A stretch of 64,000 nt of DNA, from the NCBI GenBank assembly GCA_965263255.1, contig CBDHHA010000008.1, positions 3,525,987 through 3,589,986 on the forward strand, read 5' to 3'. How positions within the stretch are numbered: the stretch's first letter is position 1; each line of letters begins with the position of its first letter. The DNA is from Bryobacterales bacterium. Lineage in GTDB: Bacteria > Acidobacteriota > Terriglobia > Bryobacterales > UBA6623. Below, piece after piece: positions 36,539 to 46,443 of this stretch. The position numbers and the translations under genes are program-made. Below the pieces are notes generated by a model. That model worked only from the letters and a program-made list of their open reading frames with translations, was not told the origin of the DNA and did not search any database.

Positions 36539-38038
36539 TTGACTGCAGAGATCCTCGCAGGCCTGTCGGCAATCCTGCAGTGGCAGGTATTGGGATTCCT
36601 GTGCGTCGGCGTCTCCCTAGGCGCAGTCTTCGGCTCGCTGCCAGGCCTGACCGCAACCATGGGCGTCGCAGTCCTGACGCCGCTGACATTCTGGGTCTCG
36701 GCCGAGCAGGGCCTCGCAATGCTGCTCGGAATCTACTGCGGAGCCATACCAGCGGGCGGGATTCCCGCGATCCTCATCAATGTCCCCGGCACGCCGGCGT
36801 CGATCGCCACGACCTGGGACGGATACCCGCTCACGCGGAAGGGCCAGGCGGGTCTGGCGCTCGGCGTCAATGCGCTCGCTTCGGCAGCGGGCCAGTTGAC
36901 CAGCATCCTGTTCCTCGCCTTCCTGGCCTTCCCGATTGCCAGCTTCGCGCTACGTTTCGGGCCTGCAGAGTACTTCGGCCTGGCCGTGCTGGGCATCAGC
37001 CTGATGGCCGGCGTGTCGGGCCGGCACGTGCTGAATGGAATGCTGGGCGGAACGCTGGGCTTGGCGCTGGCGCTGGTGGGTCTCGATCCGATGACGGCCT
37101 ACCCGCGCTACACCTTCGGCATGTCGGAATTCCTGGATGGGATCTCGTTCGTTCCCGTCATGATCGGGCTGTTCGGGCTTGGGGAAGTGCTGGTGCAGAT
37201 TTCCGACCGACACGCGGCAAGGGAGAGCCCCGACTCGAAGATCGGTCGGGTCCTGCCCCGGCTCACCGAGGTGCGCCAGATGGCCGGCGCCACGCTCAGC
37301 GGCGCCACGGTCGGGACGATGGTCGGCGCGATTCCGGCCGCGGGCGGCGATATCGGATCCGTGATCGCGTGGGAGCAGGCCCGGCGCGCCTCCAGGCGCA
37401 AGGAGGAGTTCGGCAAGGGCTCGCTGCGCGGCTTGGCAGCGAGCTGCTCGGCCTGCAATGCCGCCATCGGGGGCGCAATGACCACGATGCTGACCCTCGG
37501 CATTCCCGGTGACGCGGTGTCCGCGATCCTGATCGGCGCCTTGCTGATCCATGGCATCCAGCCCGGGCCGCTTCTCTTCGCCAACAAGCAGTCGTTCGTC
37601 TTCTCCATCGTCTTCCTGCTCGTGCTCGCGTCCCTGATGATCATGGCAATCGGCATCCTGGCGGCCCGGCCTCTGTCCCGGATGCTGAACATCCCCGCAC
37701 CATGGCTGTGGACAGGGATCGTCCTCTTCGGCACGGTAGGTTCGTACGCACTGAACAACGCGGTCGTTGACATCTGGGTGATGTACGCCGCTGGCGTGGC
37801 GGGCTTCCTGTTCCGGCGGGCCCGGATTCCGCTGGGCCCGCTGGTGCTGGGCCTGATTCTCGGACCGATGATGGAGTCCAATCTCCGCCGTGCGCTCATC
37901 CTCAGCCGCGGGGACTGGCTGGCACTGCTGTCGCGCCCCATCCTGCTGGCGTTCCTTGTCGCAGCGGCATTGTCGCTGCTCTGGCCTTTGATCCGGGCAC
38001 GGCGGTCGCGCAGCTTCACTAACCTCGAAGGCACGTAG
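36539..38038 (+). CDS. tctA: Tripartite tricarboxylate transporter large permease
   Basis: 499 aa with a TTG start. Polytopic, with GSLPGLTATMGVAVLTPLTF, GIPAILINVPGTPAS and IPAAGGDIGS, which are typical of TctA. Confidence 0.9.
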   Translation: MTAEILAGLSAILQWQVLGFLCVGVSLGAVFGSLPGLTATMGVAVLTPLTFWVSAEQGLAMLLGIYCGAIPAGGIPAILINVPGTPASIATTWDGYPLTRKGQAGLALGVNALASAAGQLTSILFLAFLAFPIASFALRFGPAEYFGLAVLGISLMAGVSGRHVLNGMLGGTLGLALALVGLDPMTAYPRYTFGMSEFLDGISFVPVMIGLFGLGEVLVQISDRHAARESPDSKIGRVLPRLTEVRQMAGATLSGATVGTMVGAIPAAGGDIGSVIAWEQARRASRRKEEFGKGSLRGLAASCSACNAAIGGAMTTMLTLGIPGDAVSAILIGALLIHGIQPGPLLFANKQSFVFSIVFLLVLASLMIMAIGILAARPLSRMLNIPAPWLWTGIVLFGTVGSYALNNAVVDIWVMYAAGVAGFLFRRARIPLGPLVLGLILGPMMESNLRRALILSRGDWLALLSRPILLAFLVAAALSLLWPLIRARRSRSFTNLEGT

Positions 38039-38149
38039 CGCGCCTATACAGGAAGCGGAGCAGGTTCGAAGGTTCCGCTCGGAACTGGAACGGTGTGGAA
38101 TCAGCCCGTTCCGCATGCTGGCACTAAGAAAGTCTTGAAGGGGAACACA

Positions 38150-39469
38150 ATGCATTCCGCACTCGCCGCGATCCGGAGATCTGCCATCAGAAGCGCATGG
38201 CCGTGGGCAGCCTGCTTCTGCCTAGGAGCCGGAATGGCCGTCTCGGCCGGCACCGATGCCAAGGACTCCTGGAGGCAGTGGCGGGGTCCCAACAACAACG
38301 GCGTCGCGGAGAGCGATGCCCCATTGAACTTCTCCGCGACAGAGAACGTGAAGTGGCGGATTTCGATCCCCGGCAAGGGCCACTCCACGCCGGTCATCTC
38401 GGACGGGACCATCTATCTGACAACAGCTAAAGAGACCGGAACGGACTCGGAGTCAGGCGCCCTCGTCGAGCACGACTTTCTGGTCATGGCTATCGACGCC
38501 GAGACGGGCAAGGAGATCTGGCGCCGGGAGGCGACCAAGGCAGTGCCCCACGAGGGGTATCACCGCAGGTACGGCAGCTACGCCTCCAATTCGCCCGTGA
38601 CTGACGGCGAGATCCTGATTGCGAGCTTCGGCTCGCGCGGCGTCTATGCGTACGACATGGACGGCAACCTGCTGTGGCAGAAGGATCTCGGCCCGCTCTA
38701 CATGCGAAACGCTTTCGGCGAAGGGATTGCGCCGGTCCTTCACGGCGACTCGCTCATCATTCAGAACGATCACGAGGGCGAGTCGTACATCGTGGTTCTG
38801 GACAAGCAAACCGGGAAGGAGCGCTGGCGCGCGGAGCGGGACGAACGCAGCAGCTGGGCCCAGCCGATCGTGGTCGAACACCAAGGCCGCGAGCAGCTCG
38901 TTACAAGTTCGACCCGCGTCCGAAGCTACGACTTCGCCACCGGAGAACTTATCTGGGAAGCGGGTGGGCTGGGCGCGAACGCAATTCCGGCCGTGATCAA
39001 CGTCGACAGCGAGATGGTCATTGCGATGACCGGTTACCGGGATCCGAACCTCCTGGCAATCAAGCTGGGAGGCACGGGCGACATCACCGACGACCCGGAA
39101 TTCGTGAAGTGGACCAACGATCGAGGGAACGCCTACTCTTCGTCACCGGCGCTCCACGACGGCATCCTGTACTTCGTCACGGACCGCGGCCTTGTCAGTG
39201 CGTTCGATGCCGCGAGCGGCGAGAAGCACTACCACCAGCAGAGGCTGCCGGAAACCTACACGTTCAAGTCATCTCCGGTCGCCACGAACGGCAAGCTGTA
39301 CCTCGCCAGCGAGGAAGGCGACGTCATTGTCCTCAAGCTGGGCACGGAGTACGAGGTGCTGGCTGTCAATGACATGGAGGGCGAGGTCTTCGTCGCGTCC
39401 CCGGTCATCCTCGATAGCAAGCTCTATCTCAGGAGCGAGGACGAACTGTTCTGCATCGCCTCGGACTAG
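38150..39469 (+). CDS. Secreted PQQ-like (BamB-type) beta-propeller repeat protein
   Basis: ORF 38093..39469. The probable start is ATG 38150, after GAAGGGGA. Signal peptide, WRQWRGPNNNGV, and repeated G.IYL/LYF...G.L.A.D..TG...W blades. Confidence 0.8.
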   Translation: MHSALAAIRRSAIRSAWPWAACFCLGAGMAVSAGTDAKDSWRQWRGPNNNGVAESDAPLNFSATENVKWRISIPGKGHSTPVISDGTIYLTTAKETGTDSESGALVEHDFLVMAIDAETGKEIWRREATKAVPHEGYHRRYGSYASNSPVTDGEILIASFGSRGVYAYDMDGNLLWQKDLGPLYMRNAFGEGIAPVLHGDSLIIQNDHEGESYIVVLDKQTGKERWRAERDERSSWAQPIVVEHQGREQLVTSSTRVRSYDFATGELIWEAGGLGANAIPAVINVDSEMVIAMTGYRDPNLLAIKLGGTGDITDDPEFVKWTNDRGNAYSSSPALHDGILYFVTDRGLVSAFDAASGEKHYHQQRLPETYTFKSSPVATNGKLYLASEEGDVIVLKLGTEYEVLAVNDMEGEVFVASPVILDSKLYLRSEDELFCIASD

Positions 39470-39487
39470 GGACGGGCGCAGACAATC

Positions 39488-39522
39488 CTGCCGTCAGGGC
39501 CCGGTGCCGGGGCTGACGGCGG
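39488..39522 (+). terminator. GC-rich hairpin between the propeller gene and the sulfatase gene (possible terminator or attenuator; no U-tract)
   Basis: CCGTCAG (39491-39497) pairs with CTGACGG (39513-39519). Inner pairing CCCG/CGGG surrounds GTGC. It lies 20 nt after the stop at 39469. Confidence 0.3.
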
Positions 39523-39544
39523 CCAGACCTCCGGGGAGGGGAAC

Positions 39545-40840
39545 ATGACAAAGCGACTCATCGCAGCCCTCGGCGCATTCGCTGTCGTTGGGGCCGCGCA
39601 GGATCGTCCCAACATCGTTGTCATCGTTTCCGACGACCAGGGCTATTCGGACATCAGCTGCTACCCGCATTCGGACGGAGTCTCGACGCCCGGAATGGAC
39701 AGGATTGCGGCCGAGGGAGTGCGAATGACCAGCGGCTACGCAAGCTGCCCGGTTTGCGCGCCCACGCGCGCCGGCCTGCTGACCGGCCGTTACCAGCAGC
39801 GGTTCGGCTTCTATACCGCCTCCGACTCGCGGGCCGGACTGCCGCGCACCGAGTCGACGCTTGCAGACGTGCTGCGCGAATCAGGATACGCGACAGGGGT
39901 CTTCGGGAAGTGGCATCTCGGATACCAGCCCCCATTTCACCCTCTCGAGCGCGGATTCGACACCTTCTACGGCTTCCTTGGCCACGGCGGTCACGATTAC
40001 TTCGATCTCTCGGATACAACGGACGAGGTCAGGGCGATCTATCGCGACCGCGATCCGATCAGCGACAGCGGGTACCTGACGCGAAACATCACACGGCATG
40101 CCGTGTCGTTCATCGAGAGTAATCGGACCCGCCCGTTCTTCGCGTACGTTCCCTACAACGCGGTCCACAATCCCCTGCAGGCACCGGAAGATTACGTGCG
40201 GCGCTTTTCGAATCCGGATCCGGACAGGAACACCTACCTAGCCATGCTGGCCATCCTTGACGAAGGAGTGGCGGAGATCCTGGGCACCCTGGACCGGCTC
40301 GGACTGGCCGACAACACCCTTGTGATCTTCTTTTCCGACAACGGAGGGGCTCGCGGGACGACCGCGCAGAACGGAACACTGCGCGACTACAAGCACAGCG
40401 TCTACGAGGGAGGGATTCGCGTGCCGTTCCTGCTGCGGTGGCCGGGGCGGATTCCCGCCGGAACGGTATCGGACGAGCCGGTGATCTCCATCGATGTCTT
40501 TTCGACGGTCCTGTCGGCGGCGGGGATCGAGCCCGGCGGCGACCGAATGCTGGACAGCAAGGACATCATCCCTGCCGTTACCGGCGGCTCTTCGGCCCCC
40601 CTGCATCAAGCCCTGTTCTGGAACTGGATCGGCAAGGACTCGGACAAGGGCTGGGCGGTCCGCAAGGGACGCTGGAAGCTTCTCGTGGACGACGGCGGAA
40701 TGGAGCTCTACGACCTCGAGTCCGACATCGGAGAATCGCAGGACCTAGCATCCTCCGAGCCTGAACTCGTGGAGGAACTAAGGGCTACATACCGGGAATG
40801 GCGAGACCAGCTAGCCCCCAGAATCCGACGCAACAACTAG
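39545..40840 (+). CDS. Cys-type sulfatase, secreted
   Basis: 431 aa. Signal peptide, NIVVIVSDDQGYSD, and active-site PVCAPTRAGLLTGRY (C-x-P-x-R). Confidence 0.9.
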   Translation: MTKRLIAALGAFAVVGAAQDRPNIVVIVSDDQGYSDISCYPHSDGVSTPGMDRIAAEGVRMTSGYASCPVCAPTRAGLLTGRYQQRFGFYTASDSRAGLPRTESTLADVLRESGYATGVFGKWHLGYQPPFHPLERGFDTFYGFLGHGGHDYFDLSDTTDEVRAIYRDRDPISDSGYLTRNITRHAVSFIESNRTRPFFAYVPYNAVHNPLQAPEDYVRRFSNPDPDRNTYLAMLAILDEGVAEILGTLDRLGLADNTLVIFFSDNGGARGTTAQNGTLRDYKHSVYEGGIRVPFLLRWPGRIPAGTVSDEPVISIDVFSTVLSAAGIEPGGDRMLDSKDIIPAVTGGSSAPLHQALFWNWIGKDSDKGWAVRKGRWKLLVDDGGMELYDLESDIGESQDLASSEPELVEELRATYREWRDQLAPRIRRNN

Positions 40841-40893
40841 ACCCTGTATCCCTGCTTGGCTGCACGACGGACCCGCTCAGCGTCGAGAGGCGT

Positions 40894-42690
40894 TCAGTTC
40901 GACGCCACTGTGCCCCTTCGGGCTAGAGGAGCGGAATCGAATCCCGGCCGCCCCTCGACGAACCCGTAGCGCTGGTTCGTCTCCAGATCCGTCCATCTCT
41001 GGCGCCGTCCCGAGGGCCAGACGATCTCGAGTGACTCGACCGTCTCGGCCTGACCGAGGCCGAAGTGCAGGGCGAGGTCGCTTTGCGAGTAGTAGCTCCC
41101 CCCGCCTATGACTGGCTGCAGCTGCGCTCGGCCCTCAGCAGTGACGGTTACGAGCGCCCCGATGCCGCTGCGGTTGGACTCCGTCCCCTCCAGCCGGACC
41201 AAGACTGCGTTTGCCTCCGGCGTCGAGCTCTTCAGCAAGGCCGGCGGAGCGTTAACGTTGACCACCACGATCTCGGGATGGCCGTCTCCGTCGAGATCCC
41301 CGGCGGCCATTCCCCGCGCTGGCCTGGGCACTTGGAGCGCGGCCCCGGCCTTGTCTGTCGCGTCTACGAACACGCCGTTTCCCAGGTTCCGGTAGAACAC
41401 GGTCGGCTGGCGATAGGTCTCCCCGATGGGAGCCGCGTCAACCTCCGGGTAGACGTGCCCATTGGCCAGCAGGAGATCCGGCGCCCCGTCCTCGTCAGCG
41501 TCCACGAACAGTACCCCCCACCCGAGCAGCTGGTGCGCCGCGAGACCGGAGTCGAAGGCGAGGTCGTCGAAGAACGACCCGTCCTCGTTGTTGTAGAGGG
41601 ACGGCAAGTCGCCCGAGAAGTTGGTCTTGGCGATGTCAAGAAAGCCGTTGCCGTCGTAATCGGCGACGGCGACTCCCATCCCCGCCTGCAGCTGCCCGTC
41701 CGCGTTGTAGGCGACACCCGCCTCGGGGGCGACATCAGTGAAAGTACCGTCCCCGTTGTTGCTGTAGAGGAGGCTCGGCGTCATGTCGCATGCGACGTAG
41801 ATGTCGGTGTCTCCGTCGCGATCGAAATCCGCAGCCACGGCCCCCAGCGCGTACCGGCCTCCCGGCTCGAGGATGCCCGAGGGAGCGGACACGTCCTCGA
41901 AGCGGCCGTCTCCGAGGTTCCGGTAGAGAGCGTTGCTGGCTCGCGGCAAGCCTTGGGGACCGCACATGACCGGAATCCCCTTCCATTCGCACGAACCGCT
42001 GGAGCCGGGCTTCGGTGTGATGGCGGGGTCAAAGTCGACGTAATTCGCTACGAAGAGGTCGATTAGACCGTCCGAGTCGTAGTCGAGCAGTGCGCAGCCA
42101 GAACCCCAGCGCTGTCGCCCTGCCGGTTGCGGCAGGGCCTCGCTGGCGATTCGGAAGGTCCCCTTCTCGTTCCGGTACAGGACGTTGGACCCGAAGTAGG
42201 TGACCAGCAGGTCCTGCCATCCATCGTTGTCGACGTCGCCAACGCAGGCCGCCTGTCCCCAGCCGCTAGCGACAAGGCCGAATTCTGCGGCAGCCTCGCG
42301 GAAGTTGCCCGTGCCGTCGTTGACGTATAGGAATGAAGGCTTGCTCTCCCCGGACTCGTGAGCCCGGAAGGTCGTGCCATTGATCACAAAGACGTCGTTG
42401 TCACCGTCACGATCGAAGTCGAGGATGGCAGCGCCGGTTCCGGTGGTCTCGAGGATGTAGGTGTTCGACTGAGGGCTGCCGAACGTTACTTCGTGAACGA
42501 GTCCCGCGACCGTCGCGATATCACGGTAGGCGGGTGTGCCACCCGGCACCTGCACTGGCAGCGATCCCGCGAGAAAGACCGCAACGAGGGAATGCCGCAG
42601 CGGGGGCGGGAGCCTCGGCTCGGTTGCACAGGAGCGGCTGGCTCTCGTCATGCCCGTCCCACCGGGAGAGTACCGACTTCGGCTCAGCAT
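40894..42690 (-). CDS. CRTAC1-family protein (FG-GAP/VCBS repeats + ASPIC/UnbV C-terminal domain)
   Basis: 598 aa. Repeats are DFDRDGDNDVFV, DVDNDGWQDLLV, DYDSDGLIDLFV, DFDRDGDTDIYV, DADEDGAPDLLL and DLDGDGHPEIVV. The C-terminus is NRSGIGALVTV...GGGSYYSQSDLALHFGLG. Confidence 0.85.
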   Translation of the reverse strand: MLSRSRYSPGGTGMTRASRSCATEPRLPPPLRHSLVAVFLAGSLPVQVPGGTPAYRDIATVAGLVHEVTFGSPQSNTYILETTGTGAAILDFDRDGDNDVFVINGTTFRAHESGESKPSFLYVNDGTGNFREAAAEFGLVASGWGQAACVGDVDNDGWQDLLVTYFGSNVLYRNEKGTFRIASEALPQPAGRQRWGSGCALLDYDSDGLIDLFVANYVDFDPAITPKPGSSGSCEWKGIPVMCGPQGLPRASNALYRNLGDGRFEDVSAPSGILEPGGRYALGAVAADFDRDGDTDIYVACDMTPSLLYSNNGDGTFTDVAPEAGVAYNADGQLQAGMGVAVADYDGNGFLDIAKTNFSGDLPSLYNNEDGSFFDDLAFDSGLAAHQLLGWGVLFVDADEDGAPDLLLANGHVYPEVDAAPIGETYRQPTVFYRNLGNGVFVDATDKAGAALQVPRPARGMAAGDLDGDGHPEIVVVNVNAPPALLKSSTPEANAVLVRLEGTESNRSGIGALVTVTAEGRAQLQPVIGGGSYYSQSDLALHFGLGQAETVESLEIVWPSGRRQRWTDLETNQRYGFVEGRPGFDSAPLARRGTVASN

Positions 42691-42743
42691 GCCTGCTCCT
42701 TACGGTACCGCCCGGGATCCGCGGACCCGAAGCCGCAATGCAG

Positions 42744-42775
42744 AAGGGCCCCCGCCGTTTCCGGCGGAGGCCCTT
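42744..42775 (-). terminator. Strong hairpin after the TonB-dependent receptor gene (candidate intrinsic terminator)
   Basis: Minus-strand RNA is AAGGGCCUCCGCCG-GAAA-CGGCGGGGGCCCUU: 14 stem positions with one mismatch and a GNRA-type loop. It begins 22 nt after the stop at 42797 and is followed by CUGCAUU, which is only a weak U-tract. Confidence 0.5.
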
Positions 42776-42796
42776 GGTCTCAGGTCGGATGACCGA

Positions 42797-45700
42797 TCAG
42801 AACATGAAGCGGAGTGCGAACTGGAATTGCCGGTTCAGCCCGCCACGCGTGCTGGCGATCTGGCCGAAGGCACCCGAGCCGTGAGTTGAGTTGGGCCGGT
42901 TGAACTGCGGCGTGTTCGTCAGATTGAACGACTCGATCCGGAATTGGACCTTCGAACTCTCCGTGATCGGGAAGTCCTTGAACAGTGAAAGGTCCACCGT
43001 GTTCGTCGGCGGCCCGATGTTGGAATAGTTCCCGAGCGCGCCGAACGTGCCGACCGCGGGATCCTGTAGCGCCGAAGTGTCGAACCACTCCTCCGGAGTC
43101 CGCCCGCCTTCGGGAGCGGCGTTTGGATCGCGCCCGTCCACCGGGTCGGGCCGCCTCGTGCCAGTACAGGAACAGATCGCACGGTTGGTCCCGATGCTGA
43201 AGTAGTTGCCGGTCTGGAGAGTCAGGATTCCGTTCAGCTGCCAGCCCCCGATCAGCATCCTGGCCGGACCGGTTAGGGTCGCAGGAGTCGGAAGATTCCA
43301 GTTCCCGCTGAGTACGAAGCGATGACGGACATCGAAGCTGGCGTGCGCGTACTCGAGCGACTGGTGGGGCGTCCGGTTGCCGGGTCCGCCCGAAAGGGTG
43401 GTGCCCGTGTCGGCGAGCGCGTGACCCCATGTGTAGGACATGAGGAAACCCAAGCCGTCCGAATAGCGCTTGTCGAGCTTTGCAGTAAAGGCGTTGTACG
43501 TCGAGCGCCCGTTGCTGTTGGTAAATGTGATGCCGGAGTTCACGAACTTGAACGGTCGCCGAGGAAGGGCCGGCTGGTTGGGCCGGGGATCGTTCACGAC
43601 GGGGTTGCCATTGTAGTTGTCGGTGAGCCGGTTGCCCTTGGATCCGATGTAGGCCAGTTCGAGGACGGAATTCCATCCTAAGTCCCGCTGCAGGTTGAAA
43701 TTCCACTTGTTCACCAAAGGCCACCGGCGCTGGGTGTACAGGGATCGGAAGGAGATCGGCGCCGGAAGCGTGAATGCGTCGACCGGGAAGCCGTCCGAGA
43801 ACTTGTTGACGAACGGATTCCGGTCAGACGGGCGGTCCTTCTCGAAGCGCGTCTCTTGGTTGAACGGGACGTTCTCGCCACGATTGGGGTTGCCCCCCTC
43901 GTTCTCCTCGGCCCCGTAGAAGATACCGAAGCCGGCGCGGATCACCGTGCCGGGCATCGCTTCGTAGGCAACCCCGATGCGGGGCGCGATGTTCGTGCGG
44001 TCCCATTCCGTCAGATAGAGCGACGCCTCGCCCCTCTCAACCGCAATCGTGGGGTAGTCGGTTGCGAAGTTCGGGGGCAGAGGAGCGTCCTGATCCTTGC
44101 CCTGCGGAATGACGAGGGTTGGGACGCTGTGGTCCGTCCCAAATACATCCAGATGCGCCTGGCGGCCAAACTTCTCGCCGATCGGCGTGGTGAGTTCGTA
44201 CCGCACACCCAGATTGATCGTCAGCCTAGACGACACCTTCCAGTCGTCTTGGACAAAGAAGGAATAGGCATCCTTGAACGACGAGATGAAGTTGGCAGTA
44301 GTGATGCGCGCCCAGTGGACGTCGCCGAGCAGCCACGAAGCCATGCCGTCGCCCGTGTCATTGAAGCCGACCTGGTCCGAATCGGCCCGGTTGAAGTCCA
44401 TGCGGCCGCGGGGTGACGGAACCTGGAAGAACGGAAAGCCGATCGGCCTGTACTCTGCACCGAACTTGATCGCGTGCGAGCCCTTGTTCCAGGACACGTT
44501 CTGGATGAAGTCCCAGACGTTGTTGTACTCCTGTGTCGGCAGCCACTCCGAGCCGCCCACCGTGCTGTAGCCCTGCGGCCCGAGCCGCATCATGCCGCCA
44601 TTGTTCGTGGTGAAGGGGTTCAGCCCGCCGAATCCCAAGGACGAGAACGAATCGTTATCCGCGTTGCTCTGCACCCTGGTCGTGATGAGGCGGGAGTACG
44701 CTACTCGCGATTCGGTGATTAGGCTGGGCGACCAGATCTTGGTGTAGCTCATCATCGCCGCACGACTCAGGTTCTCCTCGGTCTCGCCGAGGAACCCGCC
44801 GGCATCCAAGTCGCCGGGAAGCGGGGGTGTCTGGAACTTCTGCTCGTCGATCCAGCTGATGCTGCCGAACAGGCTGTCGTTGTCCGAGATCCGGTGATCG
44901 ACGCGCACGTCCCACTGGTGCACGTCGCGCGTGGCGTTCCGGGCGGTGAAGTAGTTGTTCCCGGGACGATTGCCGGCCGCGGTCGGGTTCTGGTTCTCGG
45001 TCGGATACTGGCCGATCAGGTTGGAGGCAATGGAGTCGAACCGGGATGACGGGATCATGTTGTTCGGGAACGGATCCCGGATAACCGTCCCGTCGACCAC
45101 CCTCTGCGTGGAGCGGTCGAAGATCTGCCCGCGGACGACGTTGCGCCCTAGGGCGTCCTGGCCGAGCACGTCGGAGGGACGCAGCACCGAGGTGAAGTCG
45201 CCCTGCGCCATGCCGGGAGCCGGAACCGTGAGCGAGCTGGAGAGGCTTCCGTCGCGGATCAGCGTTCCTTGGTAGTCGGCGAACCAGAACGTCCGGTTGC
45301 GCGCGATCGGGCCGCCCACCGCAGCTCCGTACTGGTTCTGCTTGTAGGGCTGGCGCGCCTTCTTGTTCCGGTTCAGCTCCCAAGTGTTCGCGTTGAGCTT
45401 CGTGTTCTGGAGGAACTCGAAGAGCGTTCCGTGAACCTCGTTCGTGCCCGACTTGATGGTCACGTTGACCACGCCGCCAGCGGCGCGGCCGTACTCGGCG
45501 TTGTAGCCGTTCGTCAGGATCTGCATCTCGCCGATGGCCTCGACCGAGGGGCCGACCACGTAGGCGGTCTGGTTAATGAAGTCGATGACGTTGACGTTGT
45601 TGTCCACGCCGTTTAGCAGGAAGTTGTTCTGGCCGTTGGAGCGCACGCCGTTGGCGGAGAAGCCGCCGCCGGCCGCGTCGCGGGCGCCCGGCTCGGCCGG

Positions 45701-46201
45701 AACGACAGCGGGGACGGTCCGGGCGAGGAAGGCGAAGCGCCGCTGGCCGCCCAAGGGCAGCTCGCTCGTCTGGCGGTTCTCCAGCGTGCCGCCCATCTGG
45801 GTGGTCTCCGTCTGGAGGGCTGGCGGCGCGGCCGAAACCTCGATGGTCTCGGTGACCTCGCCGATCTCCAGCACGAAGTTGGACTGGACGCGCCCTGACG
45901 ACTGGAGGATCACGCCGGTCTGGACGGACCGCTTGAAGCCGGGCGACTCGCAGGCAATTGTGTACGTTCCGGGCTTGATCAGCGGGCGGATGTAGTTTCC
46001 GAGGGCATCGGACTCAACCATGTCGGCCACGCCAGTGGCTTCCTCGGTAATAGTGATCGTGGCGCCGGGGATCGCGGCGCCGGACGGATCCGTCACGCTG
46101 CCGAGCAGCGTTCCCATGTCTCGCTGGGCCATCGCCGGCATTGCGCCGACGAGGCATGCGAGCAGCAGGGCCGGGATCGCGCGGAATGTGATTCCTCGCA
46201 T
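42797..46201 (-). CDS. TonB-dependent receptor with N-terminal carboxypeptidase-regulatory-like domain
   Basis: ORF 42797..46228. I prefer ATG 46199-46201 (MRGITFRAIPALLLACLVGAMPAMA) because AGGAGG lies 10 nt upstream. GTLLGSVTDPSGAAIPGATITITEEATG, a long beta-barrel region, and a C-terminal ...QFALRFMF. Confidence 0.9.
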   Translation of the reverse strand: MRGITFRAIPALLLACLVGAMPAMAQRDMGTLLGSVTDPSGAAIPGATITITEEATGVADMVESDALGNYIRPLIKPGTYTIACESPGFKRSVQTGVILQSSGRVQSNFVLEIGEVTETIEVSAAPPALQTETTQMGGTLENRQTSELPLGGQRRFAFLARTVPAVVPAEPGARDAAGGGFSANGVRSNGQNNFLLNGVDNNVNVIDFINQTAYVVGPSVEAIGEMQILTNGYNAEYGRAAGGVVNVTIKSGTNEVHGTLFEFLQNTKLNANTWELNRNKKARQPYKQNQYGAAVGGPIARNRTFWFADYQGTLIRDGSLSSSLTVPAPGMAQGDFTSVLRPSDVLGQDALGRNVVRGQIFDRSTQRVVDGTVIRDPFPNNMIPSSRFDSIASNLIGQYPTENQNPTAAGNRPGNNYFTARNATRDVHQWDVRVDHRISDNDSLFGSISWIDEQKFQTPPLPGDLDAGGFLGETEENLSRAAMMSYTKIWSPSLITESRVAYSRLITTRVQSNADNDSFSSLGFGGLNPFTTNNGGMMRLGPQGYSTVGGSEWLPTQEYNNVWDFIQNVSWNKGSHAIKFGAEYRPIGFPFFQVPSPRGRMDFNRADSDQVGFNDTGDGMASWLLGDVHWARITTANFISSFKDAYSFFVQDDWKVSSRLTINLGVRYELTTPIGEKFGRQAHLDVFGTDHSVPTLVIPQGKDQDAPLPPNFATDYPTIAVERGEASLYLTEWDRTNIAPRIGVAYEAMPGTVIRAGFGIFYGAEENEGGNPNRGENVPFNQETRFEKDRPSDRNPFVNKFSDGFPVDAFTLPAPISFRSLYTQRRWPLVNKWNFNLQRDLGWNSVLELAYIGSKGNRLTDNYNGNPVVNDPRPNQPALPRRPFKFVNSGITFTNSNGRSTYNAFTAKLDKRYSDGLGFLMSYTWGHALADTGTTLSGGPGNRTPHQSLEYAHASFDVRHRFVLSGNWNLPTPATLTGPARMLIGGWQLNGILTLQTGNYFSIGTNRAICSCTGTRRPDPVDGRDPNAAPEGGRTPEEWFDTSALQDPAVGTFGALGNYSNIGPPTNTVDLSLFKDFPITESSKVQFRIESFNLTNTPQFNRPNSTHGSGAFGQIASTRGGLNRQFQFALRFMF

Positions 46202-46349
46202 GAAGTGTTTGCCTCCTACTGCGGCCATAGGCCTGAACTGAATTTCTTGCGGCTAGAGGGACTAACCCCCTCTAACCCCACCGTCGCAATATCATAGCAC
46301 CGCGTCGAGCGTCAGCGCTGCGCGGAATCCGGCCAAGCCCTCCACAGGT

Positions 46350-46412
46350 GGGAGCGGACCGGCACTGCTCCGCGCCGGAGCTCCTTTCGCACCATCCCGC
46401 AGCGGTCCGCTC
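46350..46412 (-). terminator. Long-range 11-bp inverted repeat with internal hairpin downstream of the DUF1501 gene (possible terminator or structured element)
   Basis: GGAGCGGACCG (46350-46360) and CGGTCCGCTCC (46402-46412) are exact reverse complements. An internal GCTCCG-CGC-CGGAGC hairpin lies at 46366-46380. The element sits in the 215-bp gap between two minus-strand genes. Confidence 0.3.
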
Positions 46413-46443
46413 CGAGCCGCTGCCTTCCGTTCCGGAAAGCGGT